From Vulcanimicrobiales bacterium (GTDB lineage Bacteria; Vulcanimicrobiota; Vulcanimicrobiia; Vulcanimicrobiales; Vulcanimicrobiaceae), in NCBI GenBank assembly GCA_038215615.1, contig JBBQQR010000001.1:32001-96000 (forward strand): a DNA stretch of 64,000 bases, read 5' to 3'. The notes beneath the pieces are model-generated. The model saw only the letters and a list, made by a program, of their open reading frames with translations. It searched no databases and was not told the DNA's origin. Made by a program: the position numbers and the translations under genes. Of this stretch, positions 17,784-27,083 are shown piece by piece (position 1 is the stretch's first letter; each line of letters begins with the position of its first letter).

Positions 17784-19262
17784 ATGCGCGCATCTCGAGT
17801 AGGAGTGATCGTGTGGAGCGCCGTCTTTGCTGTGACGGCGCTTCGTGCGATCTTTGATGCTACGCTTCCACTGACCGGCGACGAAGCGTACTACTGGGAA
17901 TGGAGCCGCCGGCTCGCGGCCGGATATGTCGACCATCCGCCGGCGGTGGCATTTGCGATCGCGGCGTTTGCGTGGCTCGGGCAGACTCCCTTTGCGGTGC
18001 GGTTGCCATTCGTACTCTGCGGTTTGGGCACGGCGATTTTTGCTTCGGGCGCTGCGAATGTCTTGACCGGGGATCGCTTGGCCGGATGGATCGCGGCGCT
18101 CGCGGTGTCGCTCGCTCCGATGATGATCGTCGCTTTTGGCATGGTCAGTCCCGACGGTCCCTTCGCATTGTTTTGGGCACTCAGTCTGTATTGCGCGGCG
18201 CGCGCGTTCCGCGGCCGTTCGTGGCAGTGGTTCGCGCTGCTCGGGGTTGCTCTCGGTTTGGCGTTGCTCTCGCGCTTCTTTGCAATCGCGCTGGTCTGCG
18301 GCATTATCGCGGCGGGTTGCGCGAAGCCGTACCGGAGCATGCTAGGGCGCATCGCATTCTCCGCGCTCGTCGCGTGCGCGGTCTGGTCGCCGTTTCTTTT
18401 TTGGAACGCATCACACCATTGGATATCGTTTGCTTTTGCGCTCGTTCAGCGGCACGAAGCGCAATACTCGTTCGGCCGTCCGTTTCTCATTTACGTTTTG
18501 GGCGCGATCGGCTTTTCGCCCGGGCTTTGGATAGCCGCCACGCTGGTTGCATTGCGGCCGAAGGAACCGCTGATACTGTGGACGGCTCTGCCGTTGTGCG
18601 TCGTGTTCCTGTTGCTGGCGCTGCGAGAATCCGTCGAAGTGTACTGGTTCATCGGGCCCTTCATATCGCTGGCGATTGGTCTGGGCGGAGTCTTCGCGGA
18701 ATGGGATGCGCAACGTCAGCTGCGCCGCGGTTTGTGGATCTTCGCACCGGCGGTCGTGCTAACGGCGCTCGTCTTTTTCGCGGGAATCGCACCGAACGCC
18801 GTCTATGCGGGTGTCCGGCACGCCGGCCTTCGTCTACACTATGGCGGACCATTTGAAATGTTCACCTATCCGCCGCTGGCAAAAGATGTGCGCGCCCTGA
18901 CGCTGGCACGCAAAGCCGACGTCATGACCGACGGATACGGATTTTCCTCGTTAATGGATTTTTACGGGGGCCTTCCTCCGGTTCTCATCGGTTACGACGC
19001 GCAAGGTCAAGAAGCTCGCCACTGGTATACCGACGGCGCCCATCCCCATCTGCTGCTCTTCCTCGACAAGGTGCCGCTCGCAACACGCGCAGACTTCACC
19101 GCACAGATGCTGCTCGCATGCACGCGCGTTATACCTGGACCAGTGCTGACCTATCCGCTCGCCGGCGACGATCGCAGCGTTCCGCCGCGACGGTATTTCA
19201 CGACGTGGTGCAGCCCGAAACCCAACACGATCGCGACGCTGCGTTGGCCGGATAGACGTTAG
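17784..19262 (+). CDS. GT39/ArnT-like (PMT_2) membrane glycosyltransferase
   Basis: DEAYYWEWSRRLAAGYVDHPP, SPDGP, PFLFWNASHHWISF; many TM helices. Confidence 0.9.
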   Translation: MRASRVGVIVWSAVFAVTALRAIFDATLPLTGDEAYYWEWSRRLAAGYVDHPPAVAFAIAAFAWLGQTPFAVRLPFVLCGLGTAIFASGAANVLTGDRLAGWIAALAVSLAPMMIVAFGMVSPDGPFALFWALSLYCAARAFRGRSWQWFALLGVALGLALLSRFFAIALVCGIIAAGCAKPYRSMLGRIAFSALVACAVWSPFLFWNASHHWISFAFALVQRHEAQYSFGRPFLIYVLGAIGFSPGLWIAATLVALRPKEPLILWTALPLCVVFLLLALRESVEVYWFIGPFISLAIGLGGVFAEWDAQRQLRRGLWIFAPAVVLTALVFFAGIAPNAVYAGVRHAGLRLHYGGPFEMFTYPPLAKDVRALTLARKADVMTDGYGFSSLMDFYGGLPPVLIGYDAQGQEARHWYTDGAHPHLLLFLDKVPLATRADFTAQMLLACTRVIPGPVLTYPLAGDDRSVPPRRYFTTWCSPKPNTIATLRWPDRR

Positions 19263-21502
19263 GGGTGCAGTGTTAATGTAGCGCGCGCTGCCGCGCGAAC
19301 GGCCGCGCCGGTAAACGGCAACGGGACTAGGCGCGCAGCGATCCACGCCGGGCTTTGATCGGTGTAGTGACCCGACCCGGGTTGACCGGACTCGCCGCTG
19401 GGAACCGACATTCCGCCCGCGTCCCAATTGCCCACGTCCCACACCGCGCGAAAACTTTGCGACGCTGTCGCCGTCTGCACGTGAACCCCGTAACGATCGC
19501 CGTCGCCCGGCAGCGTCGCGCCGTTCAAAAACGAAAAGCCGAGCGAGTTGAGCGGATGGTGCACGGTGACTTTCCCGTATTCGCTCCATGGTGCCAGCAA
19601 ATGCGTTCCGCCGGCTTCGACGGCTTGCCGGAATGACTTTACGAGCAGGCTATCGAGGTTCGGGCCTTGGCGCAGTAATCGCATGAGCAGCATAAAATCC
19701 GAACCGTCGGCGCTGGCCTGGTAATCTTCGTATCGATCGGGCACGAGCGCGCGCGCCAGAGCCGCCACTGCAATTCGCCGCGTCTCCCAAACGATCGCGG
19801 CGCCCCGCGAGTCCGGATCGAAGCGTCCGTTCCAATTCGTGAGCGACGCGATGTACGGTGAGAGTGCGCGGTCGTTAATCAGACCTTTACGGCGCAGCGC
19901 ACCCAGCGTTGCGCGCGCCAGGTCGCGTTCGGGCGCCGAGAGCGTATCGGTTTGAAAGGCCGCCATGTCGGCGACACCGAGACGTTCCTTCGAATGGAGC
20001 AGCGATATTATGCGCGCGGCGCGATAGGGCGGCGCAAAGCTCGGGCTCAGTCTGTACGGATAGCCTTCGCCGTACGTCCGGTTGTTCGCCGTAAATAGGA
20101 TCGCATCGCGCGAAGGCGCGACGTGCGGCACCGCTTGAAAGCCGATGTACGGGTAGTGCGGGTCGGCGGCCGCGTGTACTCGTAACCCCCAGGACGGGTC
20201 GTTAGGAATGAGACCGGCAACGTGGTATGCGGCCGCGCCCGTGCGGTCGGCGATAACGAAGTTTTGTGGAGGTCCGGGATAACTCTGCAGCGCGGCGAGA
20301 GCTTCGTTTACCGAACGCGCGCGATCCAATCGGGCAAAGGCAATGACGGGCGAGCGCGGCAGCGTCGCGGCGTTCCAATCAACGGAGTACGCGGCCGCGC
20401 CGTCTGATTGCGCGACGAAGCCGTGCGCCGTTTGTTTATATCCTAATCGCGCGTCCCGTCCGAAGCGGACGTGAAAGGTTTCCCAGCGCGTCCGTGCGTC
20501 CTTGAGGGTCGTGCGATAGACGACTTCGGTGACGACGGTGGCGTTGGTCGCGCCCCACGCAACCTCGGCATTATGTCCCAGAATCACGCCGGGCGTTCCG
20601 GGCAGCGTTCCGCCCGCAACATGCAGACGCGGCGAATGCAGATCGACCAAGTACCAGACGCCCGGAATCCCCAAGCGCAAGTGAGGATCGTTCGCGAGCA
20701 GCGCCCGGCCGGTGGCAGAATGGTTAGCGCCGACGGCCCACTCATTGCTGCCCACGGGTGCGCGTTCTATCGAAGCGGCGCGCTGCAGCGCGCTATCGAT
20801 GCGCAACGACGGCAACGCCGGCACCGGCGCCGGGCGCGTGGGCGCAAGCGGCGCATCGTAGGCCGGGTCGGTGATCGTGTAGAGATCGATCATGCGCAAC
20901 CGCGTTGCTAGATGATTGGCCACGCCGTCGCGCCGGATCACGTCGTCCCACGTGTCGATCAGGTCGAGTACCGTGGCCATTCCCGCCGCGAGCGAATCCT
21001 GCGGCTTCCACGGTTCGGGCCGGTAGAGCAGAAGACGGAATTCCACCGGTAGCGGCTGTTGCTGCATCGCGGCGTTGACGCCGTCAGAAAAAGACTGAAG
21101 CATCGCGCGATCTCTCGGGCCGAGCGAGAGCCATTGCCGTGACACGATGCCGCGGATGTCCACGATGCGCGCATTCTTATCGGTGGGCAAGGCCGGGGAG
21201 CCGATGACTTCGGCCAGCCGTCCATAAACAAAGCGCCGAATGAAATCCATTTGAAAGAGACGGTCCGAGCCTTCGGCAAAGCCTTGCGCGAAAAAAAGAT
21301 CGGTTTCGTTTTGCGCAAGAATGTGCGGGATGCCGCGATCGTCGCGAACGATCTGCACCGGCGCGCGCAGACCCGCAACGCGCAGCGATCCGGAGGTTTG
21401 TGCCGTGGCGTGCATGCCGGCGAAGGCATTTATCGCGTACGCGGCGATCGCGATCAAGAGAATCGCAACGGCCAGCCCAACAAAGCGTAGGGCCGAGCGC
21501 AC
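19259..21502 (-). CDS. Penicillin acylase family Ntn-hydrolase (S45)
   Basis: RDDRGIPHI, AQGF...DRLFQMD, GSNEWAV (N-terminal Ser nucleophile), LLANDPHL, PSGESG. Confidence 0.95.
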   Translation of the reverse strand: MRSALRFVGLAVAILLIAIAAYAINAFAGMHATAQTSGSLRVAGLRAPVQIVRDDRGIPHILAQNETDLFFAQGFAEGSDRLFQMDFIRRFVYGRLAEVIGSPALPTDKNARIVDIRGIVSRQWLSLGPRDRAMLQSFSDGVNAAMQQQPLPVEFRLLLYRPEPWKPQDSLAAGMATVLDLIDTWDDVIRRDGVANHLATRLRMIDLYTITDPAYDAPLAPTRPAPVPALPSLRIDSALQRAASIERAPVGSNEWAVGANHSATGRALLANDPHLRLGIPGVWYLVDLHSPRLHVAGGTLPGTPGVILGHNAEVAWGATNATVVTEVVYRTTLKDARTRWETFHVRFGRDARLGYKQTAHGFVAQSDGAAAYSVDWNAATLPRSPVIAFARLDRARSVNEALAALQSYPGPPQNFVIADRTGAAAYHVAGLIPNDPSWGLRVHAAADPHYPYIGFQAVPHVAPSRDAILFTANNRTYGEGYPYRLSPSFAPPYRAARIISLLHSKERLGVADMAAFQTDTLSAPERDLARATLGALRRKGLINDRALSPYIASLTNWNGRFDPDSRGAAIVWETRRIAVAALARALVPDRYEDYQASADGSDFMLLMRLLRQGPNLDSLLVKSFRQAVEAGGTHLLAPWSEYGKVTVHHPLNSLGFSFLNGATLPGDGDRYGVHVQTATASQSFRAVWDVGNWDAGGMSVPSGESGQPGSGHYTDQSPAWIAARLVPLPFTGAAVRAAARATLTLHP

Positions 21503-21512
21503 GCGTCCGCGC

Positions 21513-21818
21513 CTAGAGCGTGACGTAGATATCGTCGCCGTCGACCCGGACGGCGTACTTCGGCAACGGCATTACCGCGGGCAGCGTTAACGCCTCGCCG
21601 GTTCGAACATCGAAAGTCGCGCCATGCCGGGGGCACATGATCCGCGCGCCCTCAAGTTCGCCTTGGTCGAGCGCGCCGCCGTCGTGCGTGCAGATATCTT
21701 CGACGGCATAGATCTCGCCGCCGACGTTGCAGATCAACACTTCGGTGCCGTCCGCGACGACGCGGTGCGCCTCGCCCTGCCCGATTTCGCTTTTCTTGGC
21801 AACGAGCTGTTCGGCCAT
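21513..21818 (-). CDS. Rieske [2Fe-2S] ferredoxin
   Basis: CTHDG...CPRHGATFD; ATG at 21818. Confidence 0.93.
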   Translation of the reverse strand: MAEQLVAKKSEIGQGEAHRVVADGTEVLICNVGGEIYAVEDICTHDGGALDQGELEGARIMCPRHGATFDVRTGEALTLPAVMPLPKYAVRVDGDDIYVTL

Positions 21819-21825
21819 GGAATCG

Positions 21826-22188
21826 TTAGTCGCGGCCGTTCTTGCGGTAGTGAATGATGAAAGCGTTGCCCTCGGAGTCTTCGGCGAAGGCCATCTTGCA
21901 AACCGGTGTATCTTCGGTTTCCGTCTCAATTTTTACGCCGGCTTTCCGGTAGCCGTCCACTGCCGCTTCAAAGTTGTCGACGGCAAACATCACGCCGTTC
22001 CCCGCCGTCCACGACCCATCGCTCATCTTCCATATGCTAAACGTGGTGTTGTCGGGCATCACGAACTCGGCGCCCTGGCCGCCGAATTCGCCCGCTAGCG
22101 GTAAACCCATAACGTCGCGGTAAAATTTCGTGGCGCGTTCGACGTCCTTTACCAAGTACGCGGTGGTATCGATTCCTACGATTGCCAT
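21826..22188 (-). CDS. VOC/glyoxalase family protein
   Basis: VKDVERATKFYRDVMGL, FAVDN, DSEGN; AAGGAG SD. Confidence 0.9.
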   Translation of the reverse strand: MAIVGIDTTAYLVKDVERATKFYRDVMGLPLAGEFGGQGAEFVMPDNTTFSIWKMSDGSWTAGNGVMFAVDNFEAAVDGYRKAGVKIETETEDTPVCKMAFAEDSEGNAFIIHYRKNGRD

Positions 22189-22261
22189 GATCTGCAGCTC
22201 CTTTAAAGCGCGAACCGTGCCGTTCGTCCCCGACCTTGGGGCGTCCTTATCAGCCCCGATT

Positions 22262-22299
22262 AAAATGAAACCGGAGCCGCTCTTTCGAGCGGCCCCGGT
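22262..22299 (-). terminator. Rho-independent terminator after sufB
   Basis: Minus-strand ACCGGGGCCGCTC-GAAA-GAGCGGCTCCGGT stem followed by TTCATTTT. Confidence 0.8.
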
Positions 22300-22349
22300 G
22301 ACACGAGGCTTGATACCCTACTCCAGTGTATCATTTTCGACGCCTGGAG

Positions 22350-23768
22350 TTAGCCGACTGACCCTTCCATCTCCATTTTGACGAGGCGGTTCAGTTCGAT
22401 GGCGTATTCCATCGGCAATTCCTTGACGAAGAAGTCGAAGAAACCGTTGACGATCATCGCGGTCGCGTCGGCTTCGTTCAAGCCGCGGCTCATCGCGTAG
22501 AAGAGCTGCTCTTCGCCGATTTTGCTGACGCTGGCTTCATGTTCGACGGTCGAACGCTGCTCGTGAATTTTCATGGTGGGCTTGGTGTCGCTGGCCGATT
22601 CTTCGTCCATGATGAGCGCATCGCACTTGACGCGCGTTTTCGCACCGACCGCGCCGGGGAAAATCTCGACCAGTCCGCGGTACGTCGTCTTTCCGCCGTG
22701 CGCGCTGACCGATTTGTTGGTGACCATCGACGTCGTGTTGGGCGCGGCGTGGATGACTTTTGCACCGGCGTCTTGGTGCTGGCCTTCGCCGGCAAAAGCC
22801 ATCGAGAGCACTTCGCCACGTGCGCCTTCGCCCATCAGGTAGATGGCCGGATACTTCATGGTCAAACGCGATCCGATGTTGCCGTCAACCCATTCGACCG
22901 TCGCGTTCTTGTGCGCGTACGCGCGCTTCGTGACGAGATTGAAAATGTTGCGGTACCAATTTTGGATCGTCGTGTAGCGGATCGACGAACCCTCGAGCGC
23001 GATGAGCTCGACGACCGCGCTGTGCAGCGAACTGGTCGAAAATTTTGGCGCCGTGCATCCCTCAATGTAGTGCAGTTTGGAGCCCTTGTCGGCGATGATC
23101 AACGTGCGCTCGAACTGGCCCATGTTTTCCGCATTGATGCGGAAGTAGGCTTGGAGCGGCTGCTTGACCTCGACGCCCGGTGGAACGTAGATGAACGATC
23201 CGCCCGACCAGACGGCCGAGTTGAGCGCGGCAAACTTGTTGTCGGCGACCGGAATGATCGTCGCCAAGTATTTTTGCACGATTTCGGGATGCTCTTTGAC
23301 GGCAGTGTCCATGTCGCAGAAGAGCACGCCGAGCTCTTCGAGTTCTTTGTTCACGTTGTGATAGACGACTTCAGATTCGTACTGCGCAGAGACGCCGGCC
23401 AAAAACTTGCGTTCGGCTTCAGGAATGCCCAGGCGGTCGAATGTTTTTTTGATGTCGTCGGGCACGTCGTCCCACGAGCGCTCCGTGCGATCGGTGGACT
23501 TCACGAAATAGTGAATGTTGGCGAAGTCGATCTCGGAGAGCAGCTTGCTGTCGCCCCACGTGGGCATCGGCTTGCTCAGGAAGACGTCCAGCGCTTTGAG
23601 CCGGAACTCGCGCATCCACGCGGGTTCGCCCTTCATTTCGCTGATGCGCTCGACGATCTCGCGGGTGAGGCCTTTCCCGGACTTAAAGACGTACTTGTCC
23701 TCGGAATCGTGGAAACCGTGACGGTATTCCTCGATGAGGGGCTGGGCAGGCTTCAGTTGGGTGGCCAT
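22350..23768 (-). CDS. sufB: Fe-S cluster assembly protein SufB
   Basis: [57 protein letters not shown]. Confidence 0.98.
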   Translation of the reverse strand: MATQLKPAQPLIEEYRHGFHDSEDKYVFKSGKGLTREIVERISEMKGEPAWMREFRLKALDVFLSKPMPTWGDSKLLSEIDFANIHYFVKSTDRTERSWDDVPDDIKKTFDRLGIPEAERKFLAGVSAQYESEVVYHNVNKELEELGVLFCDMDTAVKEHPEIVQKYLATIIPVADNKFAALNSAVWSGGSFIYVPPGVEVKQPLQAYFRINAENMGQFERTLIIADKGSKLHYIEGCTAPKFSTSSLHSAVVELIALEGSSIRYTTIQNWYRNIFNLVTKRAYAHKNATVEWVDGNIGSRLTMKYPAIYLMGEGARGEVLSMAFAGEGQHQDAGAKVIHAAPNTTSMVTNKSVSAHGGKTTYRGLVEIFPGAVGAKTRVKCDALIMDEESASDTKPTMKIHEQRSTVEHEASVSKIGEEQLFYAMSRGLNEADATAMIVNGFFDFFVKELPMEYAIELNRLVKMEMEGSVG

Positions 23769-23776
23769 GTCCTATA

Positions 23777-23833
23777 AAGGTATGCTAGCGCTCAGCGATA
23801 GTCAAGATAATGAAGGTCTATCTTCACTATCTT
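23777..23833 (-). promoter_or_regulatory. sufB promoter with overlapping 12-bp inverted-repeat operator
   Basis: TTGACT-17 nt-TACCTT, ending 8 nt from the ATG; AAGATAATGAAG-6 nt-CTTCACTATCTT at 23804-23833. Confidence 0.65.
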
Positions 23834-24002
23834 TACAACGGTCTGCTGACGCTCGGAGTTGCGGGCAGGGCAGCCGACCGGCCGCTCCATTATGTCTCTG
23901 TCTGCCGTTCGTCTCCGGACGGCCGGATTTCCGCCAAAAACCTCAAGCGCGAGCGATGGACGCTCGCGTGGATCGGATCCGTCCGTGCTGCGCGGGAATA
24001 GC

Positions 24003-24031
24003 TTTACAGCGGGGGCGATAGGGGCTATTCT
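24003..24031 (+). promoter_or_regulatory. Sigma70-type promoter of the speD-speE-gcv operon
   Basis: TTTACA-17 nt-TATTCT. Confidence 0.6.
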
Positions 24032-24036
24032 TTTTT

Positions 24037-24224
24037 CGAGCTCTTTTTAAGGAAGGTGCTCACGGTCATGGGAGGCGCGCCCTTACGCGCCATCGCGGCA
24101 AGCCGCACGCGCACCGAAAAAGCGCCGGCAAGAGCTCGCCGATAGGTCGGGGACGTGGCTGCACCGCAGGCGCCAGCCGACAAGTCCGGAGGTGGGATTC
24201 CCACAAGTCGAGGAGAGCGCAGAA
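24037..24224 (+). promoter_or_regulatory. Candidate structured cis-regulatory leader containing a uORF (24056 or 24068..24145)
   Basis: Nested helices 24037-45/24130-38, 24055-59/24111-15, 24074-79/24086-91, 24095-98/24103-06, 24146-50/24177-81; uORF MGGAPLRAIAASRTRTEKAPARARR. Confidence 0.45.
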
Positions 24225-24638
24225 TTGAAAGCACTCGGTACGCACATTGTGTGCGAACTCTCGGGGTGTGACCCGACGGCCCTTTCGGACGTAGACGGCG
24301 TCCACGCAATGATGGTCGCAGCAGCGCGAGCCGCGAACGCGACTATTCTGCAGAGTTCGTTTCATCGTTTCGAGCCGCAAGGCGTCTCGGGCACGGTGAT
24401 TCTGGCAGAATCGCATCTCTCGATCCACACCTGGCCTGAAAAGCAATACGCCGCCATGGATTTTTACACGTGCGGCGATCACACGGACCCATGGCTGGCT
24501 TGCCTACACGCAGCCAAGGTTCTCTCCGCAAAGCAAATGTTGACCACCGAATTCAAACGGGGCATCGAATCAAAAAACGGGACCTTTACCCACGTCGTAA
24601 CGGCAACCGAAGCAAAAGATCGACCGCGAACCGCCTAG
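24225..24638 (+). CDS. speD: S-adenosylmethionine decarboxylase proenzyme (SpeH-type, pyruvoyl)
   Basis: AGGAG SD, TTG start (MKALGTHIVCELSGC); GVSGTVILAESHLSIHTWPE self-cleavage motif; DFYTCG. Confidence 0.96.
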   Translation: MKALGTHIVCELSGCDPTALSDVDGVHAMMVAAARAANATILQSSFHRFEPQGVSGTVILAESHLSIHTWPEKQYAAMDFYTCGDHTDPWLACLHAAKVLSAKQMLTTEFKRGIESKNGTFTHVVTATEAKDRPRTA

Positions 24639-24661
24639 CCGCGGTTCTTATTTCGTAAGCG

Positions 24662-25549
24662 ATGCCGAAGACCGAACGCTGGCAGTGGTATGTCGAACAA
24701 TTCTCTCCCACCGAACAGCATCATCACGCCGTCGAGCGCGTGTACTACGCGGGCCGCTCGCAATTTCAAGATATAGGCATCATCGGCACGCCCGTTTTCG
24801 GGAAAATGCTCATTCTCGACGGCGATACGCAGAGCTCTCAAGCCGATGAAAAGATCTACCACGAGGCGCTCGTGCATCCCGCAATGGCCGGCGCCGGCGA
24901 TCGCGCTGATGTCTTAATCCTTGGCGGCGGCGAAGGCGCGACGCTGCGCGAAGTGTTGCGGCATCCCGGCGTACGGCGCGCCACCATGGTGGACATCGAC
25001 GGCGACGTCGTCGAACTTTCCAAACAGTATTTGCCCGAATGGTCCGCCGGTGCTTTTGAGGAGAAGCGCGCGCGCGTGATCGTCGGTGACGCGCTCAAAT
25101 TTTTGGCCGAAGACAAAGACCGCTACGGCGTGATCATCTCCGATCTGACCGAGCCGCTGGAAGACTCGCCGAGCAATCCGCTTTTTTGCGACGCCGTTTT
25201 TCGCGACATAAAAAACCGGCTCGCTCCGGGCGGCATCTACGTTCTGCAAGCGAGTACCGCGGGGTTCCACAACTTGTCGCTGCATGCGAAAATGGCGCGC
25301 ACGCTGCGAAAGTACTACAAAAACGTGGTCTCCTATTACACGCACGTGCCCGCATTCGACAACGATTGGGCGTTTATTGCCTGCAGTGATGACGTCGATC
25401 TCGCTCGCCTGGATGAAGGTGACATCGAGCCGTACTGTAGCGAGTTGCGCGGCGAGAATTTCTTCTACGACTCGCAGACGCATCGCCGCATTTTCGCCTT
25501 GCCGCTCTATCTGCGGCGCGCTCTGGCCGAATCCGGAGAGACGTTTTGA
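24662..25549 (+). CDS. speE: Polyamine aminopropyltransferase (spermidine synthase family)
   Basis: LILDGDTQS, YHEALVHPAM, GGGEGATLREVL, VDID, ISDLTEP. Confidence 0.95.
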   Translation: MPKTERWQWYVEQFSPTEQHHHAVERVYYAGRSQFQDIGIIGTPVFGKMLILDGDTQSSQADEKIYHEALVHPAMAGAGDRADVLILGGGEGATLREVLRHPGVRRATMVDIDGDVVELSKQYLPEWSAGAFEEKRARVIVGDALKFLAEDKDRYGVIISDLTEPLEDSPSNPLFCDAVFRDIKNRLAPGGIYVLQASTAGFHNLSLHAKMARTLRKYYKNVVSYYTHVPAFDNDWAFIACSDDVDLARLDEGDIEPYCSELRGENFFYDSQTHRRIFALPLYLRRALAESGETF

Positions 25550-25983
25550 GCTCGATCGATCAGGATTCGGTCCGGCGGCAGTGGGATAAGGAACGCTCGC
25601 ACTTCGTCGAGCTGCTCGATCTGAAGCTGGAAAGCGTCGACAAGGGCGCTGCGGTCATGCGCATGCCGTACCGTTCGCAGATTTCCAACGGCACGGGAGC
25701 CGTGCACGGCGGCGCGATCGTCAGTTTGTGCGACACCGTCTTTTACGTGGCGCTTGCGTCGCTCTACGGACGCGACCAAGATACGACGACGGCTTCACTC
25801 CAGTGCAACTTTCTGGCACCGGCGGTCGGTCCGCACGATCTCGTCGCGGAGGCAACCGTATTGCGAGCCGGACGGCGGATCTGCTACGGCGAAGTCACCG
25901 TGCGTTGCGGTGACAAAGTCGTGGCGCACTCTACGCTCAACTACTTGAACTCTTACGCGAGCGAGAAACCGGCAAAAAAATGA
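25546..25983 (+). CDS. PaaI-family hotdog thioesterase
   Basis: NGTGAVHGGAIVSLCD, TASLQCNFLAP, LRAGRRI; overlaps both neighbours by 4 nt. Confidence 0.9.
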   Translation: MSSIDQDSVRRQWDKERSHFVELLDLKLESVDKGAAVMRMPYRSQISNGTGAVHGGAIVSLCDTVFYVALASLYGRDQDTTTASLQCNFLAPAVGPHDLVAEATVLRAGRRICYGEVTVRCGDKVVAHSTLNYLNSYASEKPAKK

Positions 25984-27083
25984 AACGTACTGCTCTTTAC
26001 GACGAGCACGTGAAACTGCGCGCCCGCCTGATTCCGTTCGGCGGTTTCGACATGCCCGTGCAATATCAAAGCATTTTGCAAGAACACGAAGCCGTGCGTA
26101 AAGCGGCGGGTCTTTTCGATCTTTCGCACATGGGACAGTTCATCTTGGAAGGCGACGGTGTGGCCGAATGGGCCGATGCGCTGACCGTGAATGCCGTTCC
26201 TACGATGAAACCGATGCAAGCGCGCTACAACATTTTTACGAACGCGCGCGGCGGCGCGCACGATGACGTTATTTTCTACCGCCTGGCCGATCGCTGGATG
26301 CTGGTCGTCAACGCCGGTAACGCCGACAAGATGTGGAAGCATCTCAACGATAACGCGGGCGGCTCGGGAGTGAAGCTGACGTCGCTGCACGGCCAGAACG
26401 CGCTGATCGCGATTCAGGGGCCGCGTTCGGCCGCCATGCTGCAGCCGCACACCGACGCCGACCTGAACGCGCTCAAATACTATTTTTGTTCCGAAGGCAG
26501 CGTCTACGGCAAGAAGGCCGTCATCGCACGGACCGGTTATACGGGAGAAGACGGTTTCGAACTCTTCGTCGATGGAGCCGACGCACCCGAGATATGGGCA
26601 AAGCTCTTGGGCGACAATGCGGGCAACGGCTTGATTGCGGCGGGTTTGGGAGCGCGCGATGTCTTGCGTTTGGAAGCGGGCATGCCGCTCTACGGCCACG
26701 AGCTCACCGAAGAGATCACGCCGCTGCAAGCGGGCTTAGCCTGGGTCATCAAGATGAGCAAGCCTGAGTTTCTCGGGAAAGCCGCCCTGGAAGAACAGCA
26801 AACCCGCGACGACTACCCGCGCATCGTAGGAATCGTGATGGACGGCCGGGCGCCCGCGCGCGAAGGCTACCATGTTTTTCTGGGCGAGAAGCGCGTGGGC
26901 GAGATCCGCAGCGGATCGATCGGGCCGTCGGTCGGGAACAAGAGCATCGGAACGGCGCTGGTTGAAAAGGAAGCCGCAACTCCCGGCACGGACGTAGTGG
27001 TTCACATTCGCGGGACCGCCTACGGCGCGAAAGTCGTGGAACTTCCATTCTATAAGAGGAGCTATAAAATTGGCGCAGCCTGA
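25980..27083 (+). CDS. gcvT: Glycine cleavage system T protein (aminomethyltransferase)
   Basis: FGGFDMPVQY, LFDLSHMG, RTGYTGEDGFE, GLGARDVLRLEAGMPLYG. Confidence 0.98.
   Translation: MKRTALYDEHVKLRARLIPFGGFDMPVQYQSILQEHEAVRKAAGLFDLSHMGQFILEGDGVAEWADALTVNAVPTMKPMQARYNIFTNARGGAHDDVIFYRLADRWMLVVNAGNADKMWKHLNDNAGGSGVKLTSLHGQNALIAIQGPRSAAMLQPHTDADLNALKYYFCSEGSVYGKKAVIARTGYTGEDGFELFVDGADAPEIWAKLLGDNAGNGLIAAGLGARDVLRLEAGMPLYGHELTEEITPLQAGLAWVIKMSKPEFLGKAALEEQQTRDDYPRIVGIVMDGRAPAREGYHVFLGEKRVGEIRSGSIGPSVGNKSIGTALVEKEAATPGTDVVVHIRGTAYGAKVVELPFYKRSYKIGAA

Noticed and set aside
23810..24001. 63-aa ORF in the sufB-speD intergenic region, and an 8-bp hairpin at 23948-23968
   Set aside because: No SD or recognisable domain; the ORF starts inside the sufB operator; one GC-rich hairpin alone is not enough evidence.
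24037..24224. Canonical glycine or SAM-I riboswitch
   Set aside because: Lacks the glycine aptamer CUCUCAGG core and the SAM-I AUC...GCAACC...GUGC layout; kept only as an unclassified candidate.
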